Assembly: GCA_035637535.1 (NCBI GenBank)
Contig: DASPWZ010000027.1
Location: 856-64,855, forward strand
Direction of reading: 5' to 3'
From: Candidatus Dormiibacterota bacterium
GTDB taxonomy: Archaea > Thermoproteota > Bathyarchaeia > 40CM-2-53-6
Length of the DNA: 64,000 nucleotides
Every line of letters begins with the position of its first letter. Position 1 is the stretch's first letter. The translations under genes and the position numbers were made by a program. The notes under the pieces were generated by a model that worked only from the letters and a program-made list of their open reading frames with translations, was not told where the DNA came from and searched no databases. Positions 45,792-55,283 of the stretch are shown one piece after another.

Positions 45792-47615
45792 TCACTGTGA
45801 CTTTTGTAACGTCTTAGCTGCAAACGATCTTGCTGCGTCGTATCTTTTCAGAGCCATTTGGCCAGCGTTCATCCATCGGAATTTCTGAGAAACCCGATCT
45901 CTGCAATTCTCACGAATCTTCGAACCTAGACTTCGATTCTTGATGACCATCTTTGCTATTGGCTTCAAGGCTATTTTTCGCGATTCTTCAGCTTGATCTT
46001 CTTGCCCCTGTTGAGTTTGTTCGTCGATCTGCATGACTATCAAGAGAGAGACGAGAGATTCTGCGAGCCTTGCCACTTTTTCCGGAGGAGTCAGAATTCC
46101 CGTTCCCGACTCTCCATTCGTGGAAATGTCAAGAACTGTTTCAGTAATTCCACCGACACTCGTTCCGACGACGGGGTTTCCGGTAATCATAGCTTCGAGG
46201 GCACTTATACCGAAAGGTTCCGACCTCGATGGCATTGCGTAGACGTCTGCTGCAAGGTGTGAGAGGAGGTAGATCGACGGATGCCTGCCGAAGATTACTC
46301 TGACATTGTCGGGATATTTCTCAGCCTTCTCGACGGTTATCTTCGTAAGGTCTGAATCGTTTGAAGGCAATAAGAAGAGAAGGAACTTCGTTTCTGGGAT
46401 AACGCGACGGACGAGCGGTACCGCGTCAAGCAACAGATCTACTCCCTTCTGAGGACTCAGTCTGCCAGTCATCAGAACCAACGGACCGTCACTTCGAAAC
46501 GACTCTATCGACCCATCCTCCTTCTTTCGAGAACCGTCGCGGAGTCTAGCCGGACCTTCGATTTCTGATTCCTTCTCGATTTTCGAAATTGCTTTGGTGA
46601 GCAGGTACTCTCTTAGGTCCCACCGTTTCGGTGCGCCATCGACAAGCCCCGGTCTGATTTTCTCGAATTCATCTGCGACGATGGATGACTCCATGATCGC
46701 CGGGTTCCAGTCGCAGCCGTTGTAAATGTGGCCACTTTTTCCTCTGATTGTGTTCCCAACGTAGGTGCTGACATCATTCCTCAGGTACGTGTGGCTGACC
46801 GACGTGACGTAGTCGGCTATGTAGCATCCGAACTTTTCCAGGGAGTTGCGACACACGTCTTGCCATATCTGACTGAACTTCAGAGTCGAAACTCGCTTCG
46901 CGTTCGTTCGCAAGGAATACGGTATGTCTCTGATTCCGCACCATTCCTCGGAAGCATAATGCCAAGGCAATATTACTCCGCTCAACAGGTGGACTGTGAG
47001 GACAAGAGGAACAGCAATGCCTCTCTCCGCAAGACGTTGTTTTACAAGGACCCCTGCCGGCACCATGTGCCAGTCGTGGGCATGAATCAGGTCCGGCAGC
47101 TCTCTTGCTCGGCCCATCGAGATCAAATAATCAGCGTAACTTCCGACGGTTCGTGCGAGAAGGGACATTTTCTCGAAAGTAGCCTCGTGATCGTAGATTA
47201 CCGGATCGTCTAGCCACTTGCTGGTTGCTGAATCAAGACCCTTGGCGAGGAAATAGTTGACTCCGTCCCGCGAGCCGTTCTCCATGCCAGCTAGGTAGTT
47301 GTACCATAATCCGTTGACTCCGGTCCGATGCCCTTGGGCTATGAACGTCGCCAGACCCTGGAGGCCATAGGACTCTTTGATGCTGGGGTTCAAGTGTCTG
47401 CCATGACTTGGGAGAAACACGCTGACATCTAGCTTAGAATCCAGAGCCAGGGTCTTGGACAATCCCGCGACCGCTTCTCCAAGACCGCCAGCCTGGGCGA
47501 GACCGGCGCACTCGTGCGAAAACATCCAGACTTTCGAAACCGGCCGACTGGTAGAACGAAGAGAGTCCTTTGAGGGAAGCTTGGGATTAGCGGCAGGCAT
47601 TTTTTCCCAGCTCAT
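45792..47615 (-). CDS. glgA: Glycogen (alpha-glucan) synthase, GT-B fold, elongated form
   Basis: KVWMFSHECAGLAQAGGLGEAV is the KxGGL-type motif. The C-terminal GT-B part has PSRSEPFGISALEAM. At 607 aa it carries insertions relative to typical enzymes of about 450-480 aa. Confidence 0.85.
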   Translation of the reverse strand: MSWEKMPAANPKLPSKDSLRSTSRPVSKVWMFSHECAGLAQAGGLGEAVAGLSKTLALDSKLDVSVFLPSHGRHLNPSIKESYGLQGLATFIAQGHRTGVNGLWYNYLAGMENGSRDGVNYFLAKGLDSATSKWLDDPVIYDHEATFEKMSLLARTVGSYADYLISMGRARELPDLIHAHDWHMVPAGVLVKQRLAERGIAVPLVLTVHLLSGVILPWHYASEEWCGIRDIPYSLRTNAKRVSTLKFSQIWQDVCRNSLEKFGCYIADYVTSVSHTYLRNDVSTYVGNTIRGKSGHIYNGCDWNPAIMESSIVADEFEKIRPGLVDGAPKRWDLREYLLTKAISKIEKESEIEGPARLRDGSRKKEDGSIESFRSDGPLVLMTGRLSPQKGVDLLLDAVPLVRRVIPETKFLLFLLPSNDSDLTKITVEKAEKYPDNVRVIFGRHPSIYLLSHLAADVYAMPSRSEPFGISALEAMITGNPVVGTSVGGITETVLDISTNGESGTGILTPPEKVARLAESLVSLLIVMQIDEQTQQGQEDQAEESRKIALKPIAKMVIKNRSLGSKIRENCRDRVSQKFRWMNAGQMALKRYDAARSFAAKTLQKSQ

Positions 47616-47695
47616 CCTCGGTTGTCTTCTAGATAAATAGCCAAAGTTTCATAGCCAAGCACCGATCGACACTCGAAGAGGAAACAGGTGAGACT

Positions 47696-48034
47696 TTGGC
47701 AAACAAGATCTTGAGAAACGTCGCTTCAAACGTTCTCCGAAGCGTACCTCCACAGAACGCGTTCTACTTCTACCGAGCCATTGGAGCTCCGACCGGAGCG
47801 GCAGCCCGAAACCTTCCCGACTTTCTGGGAATCCTCAACACTATCGACCTCAACTCTCTCCAGTTCCATCTCGGACGCGGTGACTTTGAGAACTGGGTCA
47901 AAATGTTGGGCGACAATACGCTCGCCAAGCAGCTCGCAGATCTGAAGGAGAAGAAACTACGGGGAGAAGATCTAAGACTGCAATTGGTAGAAACCGTCAA
48001 GGCGCGACTCGACAGTCTGCAAAAGACTCCTTAG
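47696..48034 (+). CDS. Hypothetical small protein associated with the alpha-glucan genes
   Basis: 112 aa with a TTG start, divergent from glgA. FHLGRGDFENWVKMLGD and a C-terminal helix resemble an uncharacterised archaeal family often found next to glucan or trehalose genes (from memory, unverified). Confidence 0.5.
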   Translation: MANKILRNVASNVLRSVPPQNAFYFYRAIGAPTGAAARNLPDFLGILNTIDLNSLQFHLGRGDFENWVKMLGDNTLAKQLADLKEKKLRGEDLRLQLVETVKARLDSLQKTP

Positions 48035-48125
48035 ACCATCAGCAACAGCGGCGACTACTGAAGAACCGAAAGGAATCGTAACGGAGTCTTGTCCCAAAAC
48101 TTGCTGATTTGGATAGGATAGTTCT

Positions 48126-49190
48126 CTGAAAGCAATCGCCGTAACTCCTGGCAAAGCCGATAGTGTCCGCCTCATTGATGCTCCTCAACCCACTCCCTCC
48201 GCGGGACAGGCTCTCCTCCGAGCTAACAAGATCGGCATTTGTGGAACTGATCTTGAAATAATTCAAGGCTCATATGGGGAAGCGCCGTTAGGATCTGACT
48301 ATCTCATTCTCGGGCATGAATGTCTAGCCACCATCGAAGAAGCATCGGTCAATTCTGCGGGAATCAAGAGGGGCGATCTTGTAATCCCGACAGTGAGGCG
48401 GCCTGATGGCTGCATCAACTGTCAGAGCGGCGAATCTGACATGTGCCTCACGGGACAATACATGGAGCATGGAATCAAAGGCCTCCACGGCTTTTGCTCG
48501 GAATTCTCGATATCAGACGTCAACTTCCTAGTTCCAGTCCCACCGGAATTGTCGGACGTAGCAGTTCTGCTGGAACCGACGAGTGTTGCTGAGAAGGGTG
48601 TTTTCCAGAGCTTCAAGATTCAGGAGAGAATGATCTGGAAACCCCAGAGAGCACTCGTCCTAGGAACCGGCCCTGTAGGCATTCTCACAGTGTTGCTCCT
48701 AAGACTCAGAGGACTCGATGTGACCGCGGTTGCCACAAGACCAAAGGATAGTCTCAAGGCCCGCATAGTCGAGAAGATCGGAGGGACCTACGTCAACGCC
48801 AACGACCAACCAATTACTAGTCTCGGAAAGTTCGACCTAATCCTTGAAGAGACTGGAGTCGCCACGCTGGCCGCTGAGGCACAGGGCCTACTGAACAACA
48901 ACGGAGTCCTCTGCCTATTAGGGATCTATCAGCCCAAACTGGCTACGCAGGATATTGGACACTCGTATGATGACATTGTCCTGGGCAACAAGATAACTTT
49001 CGGTTCAGTAAACGCGAACAAGCGGTACTTTGTCAGGGGGATTCAAGATTTCAAAGCTATCCAACAACGATTCCCCGGAGTCCTGAAGTCGCTCTTCACC
49101 AAAATGGTCGGGCCCTCCGACTTCGCGCAGGCATACAGTCCCACCAAGGATGACATAAAATCATTGATAGACTTCCAAACGCTCAACTAA
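48126..49190 (+). CDS. Glucose 1-dehydrogenase (zinc MDR family), with CTG at the expected Met position
   Basis: The frame is open from 48117. (L)KAIAVTPGKADSVRLIDAPQP...KIGICGTDLEI...LILGHEC...CINCQSGESDMC matches archaeal glucose dehydrogenases that begin MKAI. The only codon before KAIAV after the in-frame TAG (48114-16) that could initiate is CTG 48126. The first canonical start is GTG 48393, which would delete the catalytic-zinc domain. Confidence 0.75.
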   Translation: MKAIAVTPGKADSVRLIDAPQPTPSAGQALLRANKIGICGTDLEIIQGSYGEAPLGSDYLILGHECLATIEEASVNSAGIKRGDLVIPTVRRPDGCINCQSGESDMCLTGQYMEHGIKGLHGFCSEFSISDVNFLVPVPPELSDVAVLLEPTSVAEKGVFQSFKIQERMIWKPQRALVLGTGPVGILTVLLLRLRGLDVTAVATRPKDSLKARIVEKIGGTYVNANDQPITSLGKFDLILEETGVATLAAEAQGLLNNNGVLCLLGIYQPKLATQDIGHSYDDIVLGNKITFGSVNANKRYFVRGIQDFKAIQQRFPGVLKSLFTKMVGPSDFAQAYSPTKDDIKSLIDFQTLN

Positions 49191-49239
49191 ACCATCTGAA
49201 ACTTTCTTGGATCACGCGGCGTCTTAGCAACCACGAATA

Positions 49240-50328
49240 TCACCGAGCAACGTCAACGAGGCTCCTGTCTATCTCGGATATGGTCCGTCGACCTGTGAGG
49301 GCCATGACTGTCGCGAGGTCTGTCTTGAGGAGAGATAGCAGCTTTGACACTCCTGCTTCTCCTCCAGCTGCGAGGGCCCAGAAAACAAGACGTCCGAGCC
49401 CGACCGCTCTGGCTCCGAGGGCGAGTGCCATTACAATGTCGCTGCCTCGCCTGATTCCACCGTCAAAGTAAACCTCGACCTCGGACCCGACCTCTTCTAC
49501 CACTTCTGGAAGAGCATCCAAGGAGGCGGGAGCACGGTCCAGCTGGCGCCCGCCGTGATTAGAAACTACAACGCCTTTAGCGCCGTGATCAGAAGCGCGT
49601 CGGGCATCCTCGCGAGTGAGGATTCCTTTCAACACCAACGGGAGCCGAGTTATTTCGCGAAGACGATCTACGACCTCCCAGGTGTTTGAGGCTTCCTTGC
49701 GAATATGGGCGTGGTCGCCATCGACGATAGGGTTTCTGAGAGGCCGAACAACTTCTCTACCGTTTCCCAAAACGATCGAAGAAGCCAATGGAGAGCCTGC
49801 TTGGTTCTCCTTGTCGCGGGTGCCCGCGACCGGCATGTCAACAGTTAGGATTATGGCCTTGTAGTCGGCCTTCTCGGCCCTCTCGACGAGGTTCTTCGTG
49901 GCTGAGAATTCTGGTTGCAGGTAGAGCTGGAACCATCTGGGACCTGTCGGAGCGGCCTTGGCGATGTCTTCCATTGAGATCGAGGATAGGGTACTGAAGC
50001 TAGCGAGGATGTCCGATTTGCTTGCGGCTCTTGCTGTCGCAGCCTCGGCATCTGGATGCACGAGGCCGTGAGAAGCAGTTGGAGACACGTAGAATGGGGC
50101 TGATACCTTTGTTCCCAAGAGAGTCGTACCGAATTCTAGATTCTCAACATCAACTAGAACTCTCGGTCGCAGGGTCCTGAGGTGGAATGCTTCGCGGTTC
50201 GCCCTCACCGTCCATTCCTCGCCTGCACCGCCCTGGATGTAGGCCCAGGCGGACTTGTCGGTCTTCCTTGACGCGGCCTCTTCGAGATCGCTTAGTGTAG
50301 AGAAGCCGGCTTGTGATTCGTCTGTCAT
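49240..50328 (-). CDS. FMN-dependent alpha-hydroxy-acid dehydrogenase/oxidase (lactate/glycolate oxidase-like)
   Basis: 362 aa with PFYVSPT, ILTVD, LVLKGI, VVSNHGGRQLD and FDGGIRRGSD, the characteristic TIM-barrel FMN family motifs. Confidence 0.85.
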   Translation of the reverse strand: MTDESQAGFSTLSDLEEAASRKTDKSAWAYIQGGAGEEWTVRANREAFHLRTLRPRVLVDVENLEFGTTLLGTKVSAPFYVSPTASHGLVHPDAEAATARAASKSDILASFSTLSSISMEDIAKAAPTGPRWFQLYLQPEFSATKNLVERAEKADYKAIILTVDMPVAGTRDKENQAGSPLASSIVLGNGREVVRPLRNPIVDGDHAHIRKEASNTWEVVDRLREITRLPLVLKGILTREDARRASDHGAKGVVVSNHGGRQLDRAPASLDALPEVVEEVGSEVEVYFDGGIRRGSDIVMALALGARAVGLGRLVFWALAAGGEAGVSKLLSLLKTDLATVMALTGRRTISEIDRSLVDVAR

Positions 50329-50361
50329 GACAACTACAGGAGACGCGGCCGGTTCTCTACT

Positions 50362-51054
50362 TCAATCTGAGCCTATCGCTGCAACCGTAGTTGCTATGCT
50401 GTTTCTCAAAGTCAGGACATTTTGGGCGACTGGTGCTGATTGGTTGTAGACGCTTGACCCGGCCACCAAGACTGTAGCGCCCGATTTCACGGCTAGCGGC
50501 GCGGTCTTCGGATCGATTCCTCCGTCGACAACGATTGACGCTTTCAAGTGTCGCTGATCTACTTCTTTCCTTAGACGAGCAATCTTACCGAGCTGATCTT
50601 CAATGAAACGCTGCCCCGCAAATCCCGGGTGGACCGTCATCACCTGGACACAGTCCACAACATCCAGGACCCCCTCCAACGTGGTGATCGGCGTCTCGGG
50701 ATTTACGGCAACCCCTGCTTCGACCTTGAGCTTCCTGATCGACTGGAGCACCGCGGGAAGATCTTTGCACACCTCTTCATGCACGATGATCCTGTTTGCG
50801 CCTGAGCGCGCAAATTCTTCGAGAAAGCTGTGAGGATTGTCGATCATCAAGTGAGCGTCCAAGAATAGGCTCACCGATCTCCTCAACGCCTTGACGACTC
50901 CGGGTCCGAACGTCAGGTTTGGAACGAAATGTCCGTCCATTACATCAATCTGAATGCCTTCGACCCCGGCGTCCTCTGCTTCTTTCGCCTGCTGGCCCAG
51001 CCGGGCAAAATCGGCACTCAGGATTGAAGGCTCAATCGAGATCCGTTGCTTCAT
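50362..51054 (-). CDS. rpe: Ribulose-phosphate 3-epimerase
   Basis: It has PSILSADFARLGQQ...IDVMDGHFVPNLTFGP, plus MTVHPGFAGQ and VDGGI. Confidence 0.92.
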   Translation of the reverse strand: MKQRISIEPSILSADFARLGQQAKEAEDAGVEGIQIDVMDGHFVPNLTFGPGVVKALRRSVSLFLDAHLMIDNPHSFLEEFARSGANRIIVHEEVCKDLPAVLQSIRKLKVEAGVAVNPETPITTLEGVLDVVDCVQVMTVHPGFAGQRFIEDQLGKIARLRKEVDQRHLKASIVVDGGIDPKTAPLAVKSGATVLVAGSSVYNQSAPVAQNVLTLRNSIATTVAAIGSD

Positions 51055-51983
51055 ACGGTCTGGCCCTTGGATTTGTAGGTCGACTGGAACTCCTGGACCA
51101 AGTCTGAATCGCCTAGATACGTCGGGACACGCTGGACGATACTCGTGGGTTCAACATCGAGAATCCTCCCCATTCCTGTGCTCGCTTGGCCTCCCGCCTT
51201 TTCTGTGATGAAGCCGACTGGGTTCGATTCAAACTGCAACCTGTATTTCCCTTCGGGAGCGTCGGTCAACTCGGGATATGCGAAGAACCCTCCCTTGGTC
51301 AGGACCTGGTTATAATCGCCTACGAAAGACCCGCCGTATCGAAGGGACATCTTGCGCTTCTCTAGACTCTCCACAAACTCTCTTACTCTTGGAGTCCATT
51401 TCTCCCTTAGGCCTCCGATACCGTAGACAGTCGGTGGCTTGGGAAGCTGGCGAATCAGACCGTCCGATACGAATCTGGTTCCTTCAGATCCTCTGCCGAG
51501 GGCTGCGAAGGTCCGGACCCCATCCTGGAGTGCAAGTACCAGCTGGTGGAACGGTCCATAGAGGAAGTACATCGCAGCGTGAAGGTCCCTTCCTCTTGCA
51601 GGGAGAGGCTTCTCCCGGTAGACTCCGACTATGGTTCCTAGCAAGTTGTTGCTCTTCAGATTCGACGACCCATCCAACGGGTCGAGCACAATCGAGTATT
51701 CGCCAGCTTTTGATTCGGCAACCTCTTCCATTTCTTCAGAAGCGATTCTCTTTACAAGACCGCTTCTCAGCAGCTTCTTGGTGAAGAGATCGTTTGACCA
51801 GACATCGATCTGCAACTGCTTCTCCCCGTACGGATTGATGCCTCCGGCGAATCCTAGCTCTCTCGGAATCATCTCTCGGACGAGGCTCGACAGATCAGCG
51901 ATAAGCGAGATCAGCTTGTAGAGACTCCTCTCCTCGGTCCCGATGACGTCCTTGAGCGTCTTGCCCTTCATTCGACCAACCAC
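51051..51983 (-). CDS. fbp: Fructose-1,6-bisphosphatase, class I type
   Basis: 310 aa with SEEMEE, the metal-site motif LDPLDGSSNL, YGPF and GGF. Its stop overlaps the rpe start (ATGA). Confidence 0.82.
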   Translation of the reverse strand: MVGRMKGKTLKDVIGTEERSLYKLISLIADLSSLVREMIPRELGFAGGINPYGEKQLQIDVWSNDLFTKKLLRSGLVKRIASEEMEEVAESKAGEYSIVLDPLDGSSNLKSNNLLGTIVGVYREKPLPARGRDLHAAMYFLYGPFHQLVLALQDGVRTFAALGRGSEGTRFVSDGLIRQLPKPPTVYGIGGLREKWTPRVREFVESLEKRKMSLRYGGSFVGDYNQVLTKGGFFAYPELTDAPEGKYRLQFESNPVGFITEKAGGQASTGMGRILDVEPTSIVQRVPTYLGDSDLVQEFQSTYKSKGQTV

Positions 51984-52007
51984 TTTGACATCCTTGTTAG
52001 TGTTGAC

Positions 52008-53210
52008 TCATTTCAATTCTTTGATGACGTTCGAGAACTCGGTCCACGCAGGCTTTGGATTTCCCTTGTTGTCGAACAGGCCAAAATGATTCTCTTGAGG
52101 CGGGAAGGATCTCCAGGCCGTGTCGATGTAGCGCCATATTCCGATTCCAGTCACACCATCGAGCCCGTGTGCCTCTCGACACGCGTCGGCGACATACTTG
52201 GCTTGGCTGTCAGCCGAATATCCTAGGAGTGACGGCCCGCTGGGGTATCCTGTCTCGGAGATCATAACAGGTTTACTCAGTTTCTTCGCTACTTGGTCTG
52301 CCATTTTCAGAACCTTAGCGTTAATTGGGTGGGAGATCTTGTAGTTGGGATAGAAGTCTAAGCCTAGAATATCGCAATAGGACGAGTAGGCGCCTGGGTC
52401 CAAGACCATGGCGTCAGCCTCAAGGTTGATAATCGTTGTCGCGGACGGGTCTTCTTTGTGCACTGTATCGTTGAGCGACTGTAGAAGTTCATGTCTGAAT
52501 CCGTGCTCGTGGACCCATGCTAACCCCGACCGCCATCCCCCTGCGGCGTGTTCAGCCCACCAGTTTGGCTCGTTCTCAATCTGCCAGTTCCTGATTCGAT
52601 CTTTGTAGTGGCGCACCATGAGCCGGGTATGGATGGAGACTCGCTTCAGGTAGAGATCTCTGTTCGGGTCAGGCTCCAATCCCTGTGGAAGCATGCGTTG
52701 GTATCCGCAAGCTATCACCGGTACGACGCCTATGCCTAGACCGGTCAGAGTATTGACAAGATCATCCATGGGCCACTGAGCGTATGATTTCTCAAGAAAC
52801 TGGTCAAGCGATGCCTCTGGCATGGGGAAGGGTTCGAAATATTTCCACGGGAACCAGCATCGGACGAAGCCTACATTTGCGTCGATGAGAGTATCAGCCA
52901 GAGCAGCTACAGCTCTGCCGGCAACAGTCGCGGGCTCCACTTCTCCGCGTCGTCCGATCTCTTGCTCATCGGCTTCATCCAGAATTTTCCCCTCGGGCAG
53001 GCTCGCCGACAATAGATGCGGAATGATTATTGATCTTGGAGGAGTTATCCCACTGTATCTCCAAGGGTCGTCAAGGTTTATGCCGAAGGAGAATCTCTTG
53101 GTCAGATCCAACAAAGACGCAAATGAGATAGCGTCATGTGGTAAAAGGCTTCGAAGCCGAGGCTTGACGATTTGCGGTCCGTCCATCGTTGGATTGAATT
53201 GTGATTCCAA
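52008..53210 (-). CDS. Clan GH-A (TIM-barrel) glycoside hydrolase
   Basis: 400 aa with an acid/base motif WQIENEPNWW and a nucleophile motif VMISETGYPS. Confidence 0.7.
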   Translation of the reverse strand: MESQFNPTMDGPQIVKPRLRSLLPHDAISFASLLDLTKRFSFGINLDDPWRYSGITPPRSIIIPHLLSASLPEGKILDEADEQEIGRRGEVEPATVAGRAVAALADTLIDANVGFVRCWFPWKYFEPFPMPEASLDQFLEKSYAQWPMDDLVNTLTGLGIGVVPVIACGYQRMLPQGLEPDPNRDLYLKRVSIHTRLMVRHYKDRIRNWQIENEPNWWAEHAAGGWRSGLAWVHEHGFRHELLQSLNDTVHKEDPSATTIINLEADAMVLDPGAYSSYCDILGLDFYPNYKISHPINAKVLKMADQVAKKLSKPVMISETGYPSGPSLLGYSADSQAKYVADACREAHGLDGVTGIGIWRYIDTAWRSFPPQENHFGLFDNKGNPKPAWTEFSNVIKELK

Positions 53211-53337
53211 AGGATGCCGATTGTAGCTGTACCGTCAATAGTCCGTGCCCAGATACCTAACCCATTTAAGATTCCAGACACGTCGCACCTACTTACAGAG
53301 CCACCGGAAGATGTTTTCAACCAGCCAGCAAGCCCCA

Positions 53338-55149
53338 ATGGGAAACCGTTCAACCCTAATCACAATTGGGAAGAACGGCGAATTGCGGCATCTCTTCTGG
53401 CCAAGCCACAATTATCCGCAACACGTTCGCGGATCCCTCCCCGGGATTTTAGCCGGCCGAAATGGTAACGAATTCTTCAGTTGGTTGACGGATGATCCTT
53501 GGATACGGAAACAGCGATTTCTTCCTGATAGCACGATTCTCGAAACAAGTTTTGCCAACCCAGACGGGATACAGGTAAAGGCCACGGATCTCGTTCTGCC
53601 AAGCAAGGACGCTCTGGTCCGGATTTTTGAAGTGGTCAATGGGGGTAGCGAAGCTTTGAAGATCAGTTTTCTCTATTACAACGATTTCGACATAGCCGAG
53701 ACACCGTCGGGCGATGCTTGCTATTATGATGAGAAGACTGACAGTGTCGTTTCGTACAAGCGACACTATTGGTTCGCGTACGGGGCGGACAAGCCTTCGT
53801 CCCAACACCAGTGCGGAGTACATGAGGAGGGCTCGGACGCTTTTGTTGATGCGAAGGATGGTCATCTCGGCGGAAACTCTCTAGCCCTGCATGCTGGCGT
53901 GAAGGGAGTAAATTCCTGTCTGAAATGGAATCTCGGCGACCTACCCCAGGGTGCGAGGGAACAGCTTGTCCTTCTGATGACCTTCGGCCACAACAAGCAA
54001 CAGGCGCTCGACATCCTTGAAGAGGCCAGACAGAGTTCGCTCGCAGAAATGGTCAACGATGTGAATCGATCCTGCCAGGACTGGCTGAGAAGGAACAAGG
54101 CTACAGTGGTCCAGGAACATTGGAGGGAACTGCTTCGAAGATCCCTACTCACTCTCCAGACGCTCGTCTCTCCTGACCTTGGAGGAATAATCGCAGCCCC
54201 AACTCTGGAGCCTGACTATCGCTATGTCTGGTCGAGAGATGGCACGTACGTCGCTTATGCTCTGGATCGTTGTGGTTACAATCACGACGCGGCAGCTTTC
54301 TATCAATGGTGCAAGGAAGTCCAACAGCCTGATGGCGGTTGGGCTCAGAGATACCATGTTGAAAAATCTCCTGGTCCTTCTTGGGGAGAACAGGAGGATC
54401 AGTGCGCAACTATTCTCTGGGGCATCGGCCAGCACCATACTTTGACGAGGGACGAGGAGTTTCTTGCTGACATGTGGCCGACAGTGAAGAAGGGGGTCGA
54501 GCATCTCCTTCGAAATAGGGACGCCGAGACGGGTCTTGTAGGACCCTCCTTTGACCTATGGGAAGAGAAACAGGCTCTTCACACATACACCAACGCGGCC
54601 GCCACAGCTGCTTTAAGAGAAAGCGCTAGAATCGCTTCAACCCTCGGTTTTGAAGTGCTATCCAACGCATGGTCAAACGAGACCAAGAATCTGCAGACTG
54701 CAATCGTTAAACACTTGTGGGACGAGCAGAGCGGCCGATTCTTGAAATCAGTCAAACCCCATGATTCTTCCATAGACACAGCAATCCTCGGCCTCACATA
54801 TCCGTTCAGAGTTCTTGAACCGGACGATCCGAGAATCCTCAGTAGCTCCCGACAGATCGAGAACGCGTTCACCTACGCTTCCGAAGGGATCGGGCGGTAC
54901 CCGGGCGACACGTACCACGGAGGGAACCCATGGTTCATAACAACCCTCTGGATGGCGCTCTACCGTTGCCAGCAGGGAAATTATGAGAAGGCGAAGACCC
55001 TCATCGAATGGTGCGTGAAACACGTCGACGAACTGCAACTCTTCGCCGAACAGGTTCACAAGGACAATGGAGAGCCAATATCCGCATCGCCACTCGCCTG
55101 GTCTCACGCCATGTTCATTCTGGCGCTATTGGATTACAGAGGAGCTTAG
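53338..55149 (+). CDS. GH15-family glycoside hydrolase, archaeal type (glucoamylase/trehalase-like)
   Basis: It has YVWSRDGTYVAYAL, FDLWEEKQALHTYTNAA (catalytic Glu context) and GNPWFITTLW. I prefer ATG 53338. The open frame starts at 53245. Confidence 0.85.
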   Translation: MGNRSTLITIGKNGELRHLFWPSHNYPQHVRGSLPGILAGRNGNEFFSWLTDDPWIRKQRFLPDSTILETSFANPDGIQVKATDLVLPSKDALVRIFEVVNGGSEALKISFLYYNDFDIAETPSGDACYYDEKTDSVVSYKRHYWFAYGADKPSSQHQCGVHEEGSDAFVDAKDGHLGGNSLALHAGVKGVNSCLKWNLGDLPQGAREQLVLLMTFGHNKQQALDILEEARQSSLAEMVNDVNRSCQDWLRRNKATVVQEHWRELLRRSLLTLQTLVSPDLGGIIAAPTLEPDYRYVWSRDGTYVAYALDRCGYNHDAAAFYQWCKEVQQPDGGWAQRYHVEKSPGPSWGEQEDQCATILWGIGQHHTLTRDEEFLADMWPTVKKGVEHLLRNRDAETGLVGPSFDLWEEKQALHTYTNAAATAALRESARIASTLGFEVLSNAWSNETKNLQTAIVKHLWDEQSGRFLKSVKPHDSSIDTAILGLTYPFRVLEPDDPRILSSSRQIENAFTYASEGIGRYPGDTYHGGNPWFITTLWMALYRCQQGNYEKAKTLIEWCVKHVDELQLFAEQVHKDNGEPISASPLAWSHAMFILALLDYRGA

Positions 55150-55283
55150 AGCCGCGTTCCCCCGAACACGGTTCTGCCTCCATCTCGTACGAAAGAAAAG
55201 AAACTCGGGAATTTCGAAGTAGAAATTAGATAATCCGTCGGATTCTACTTCTTACTCTTCTTTTTGGGCTTAGCTCGCGTCCC

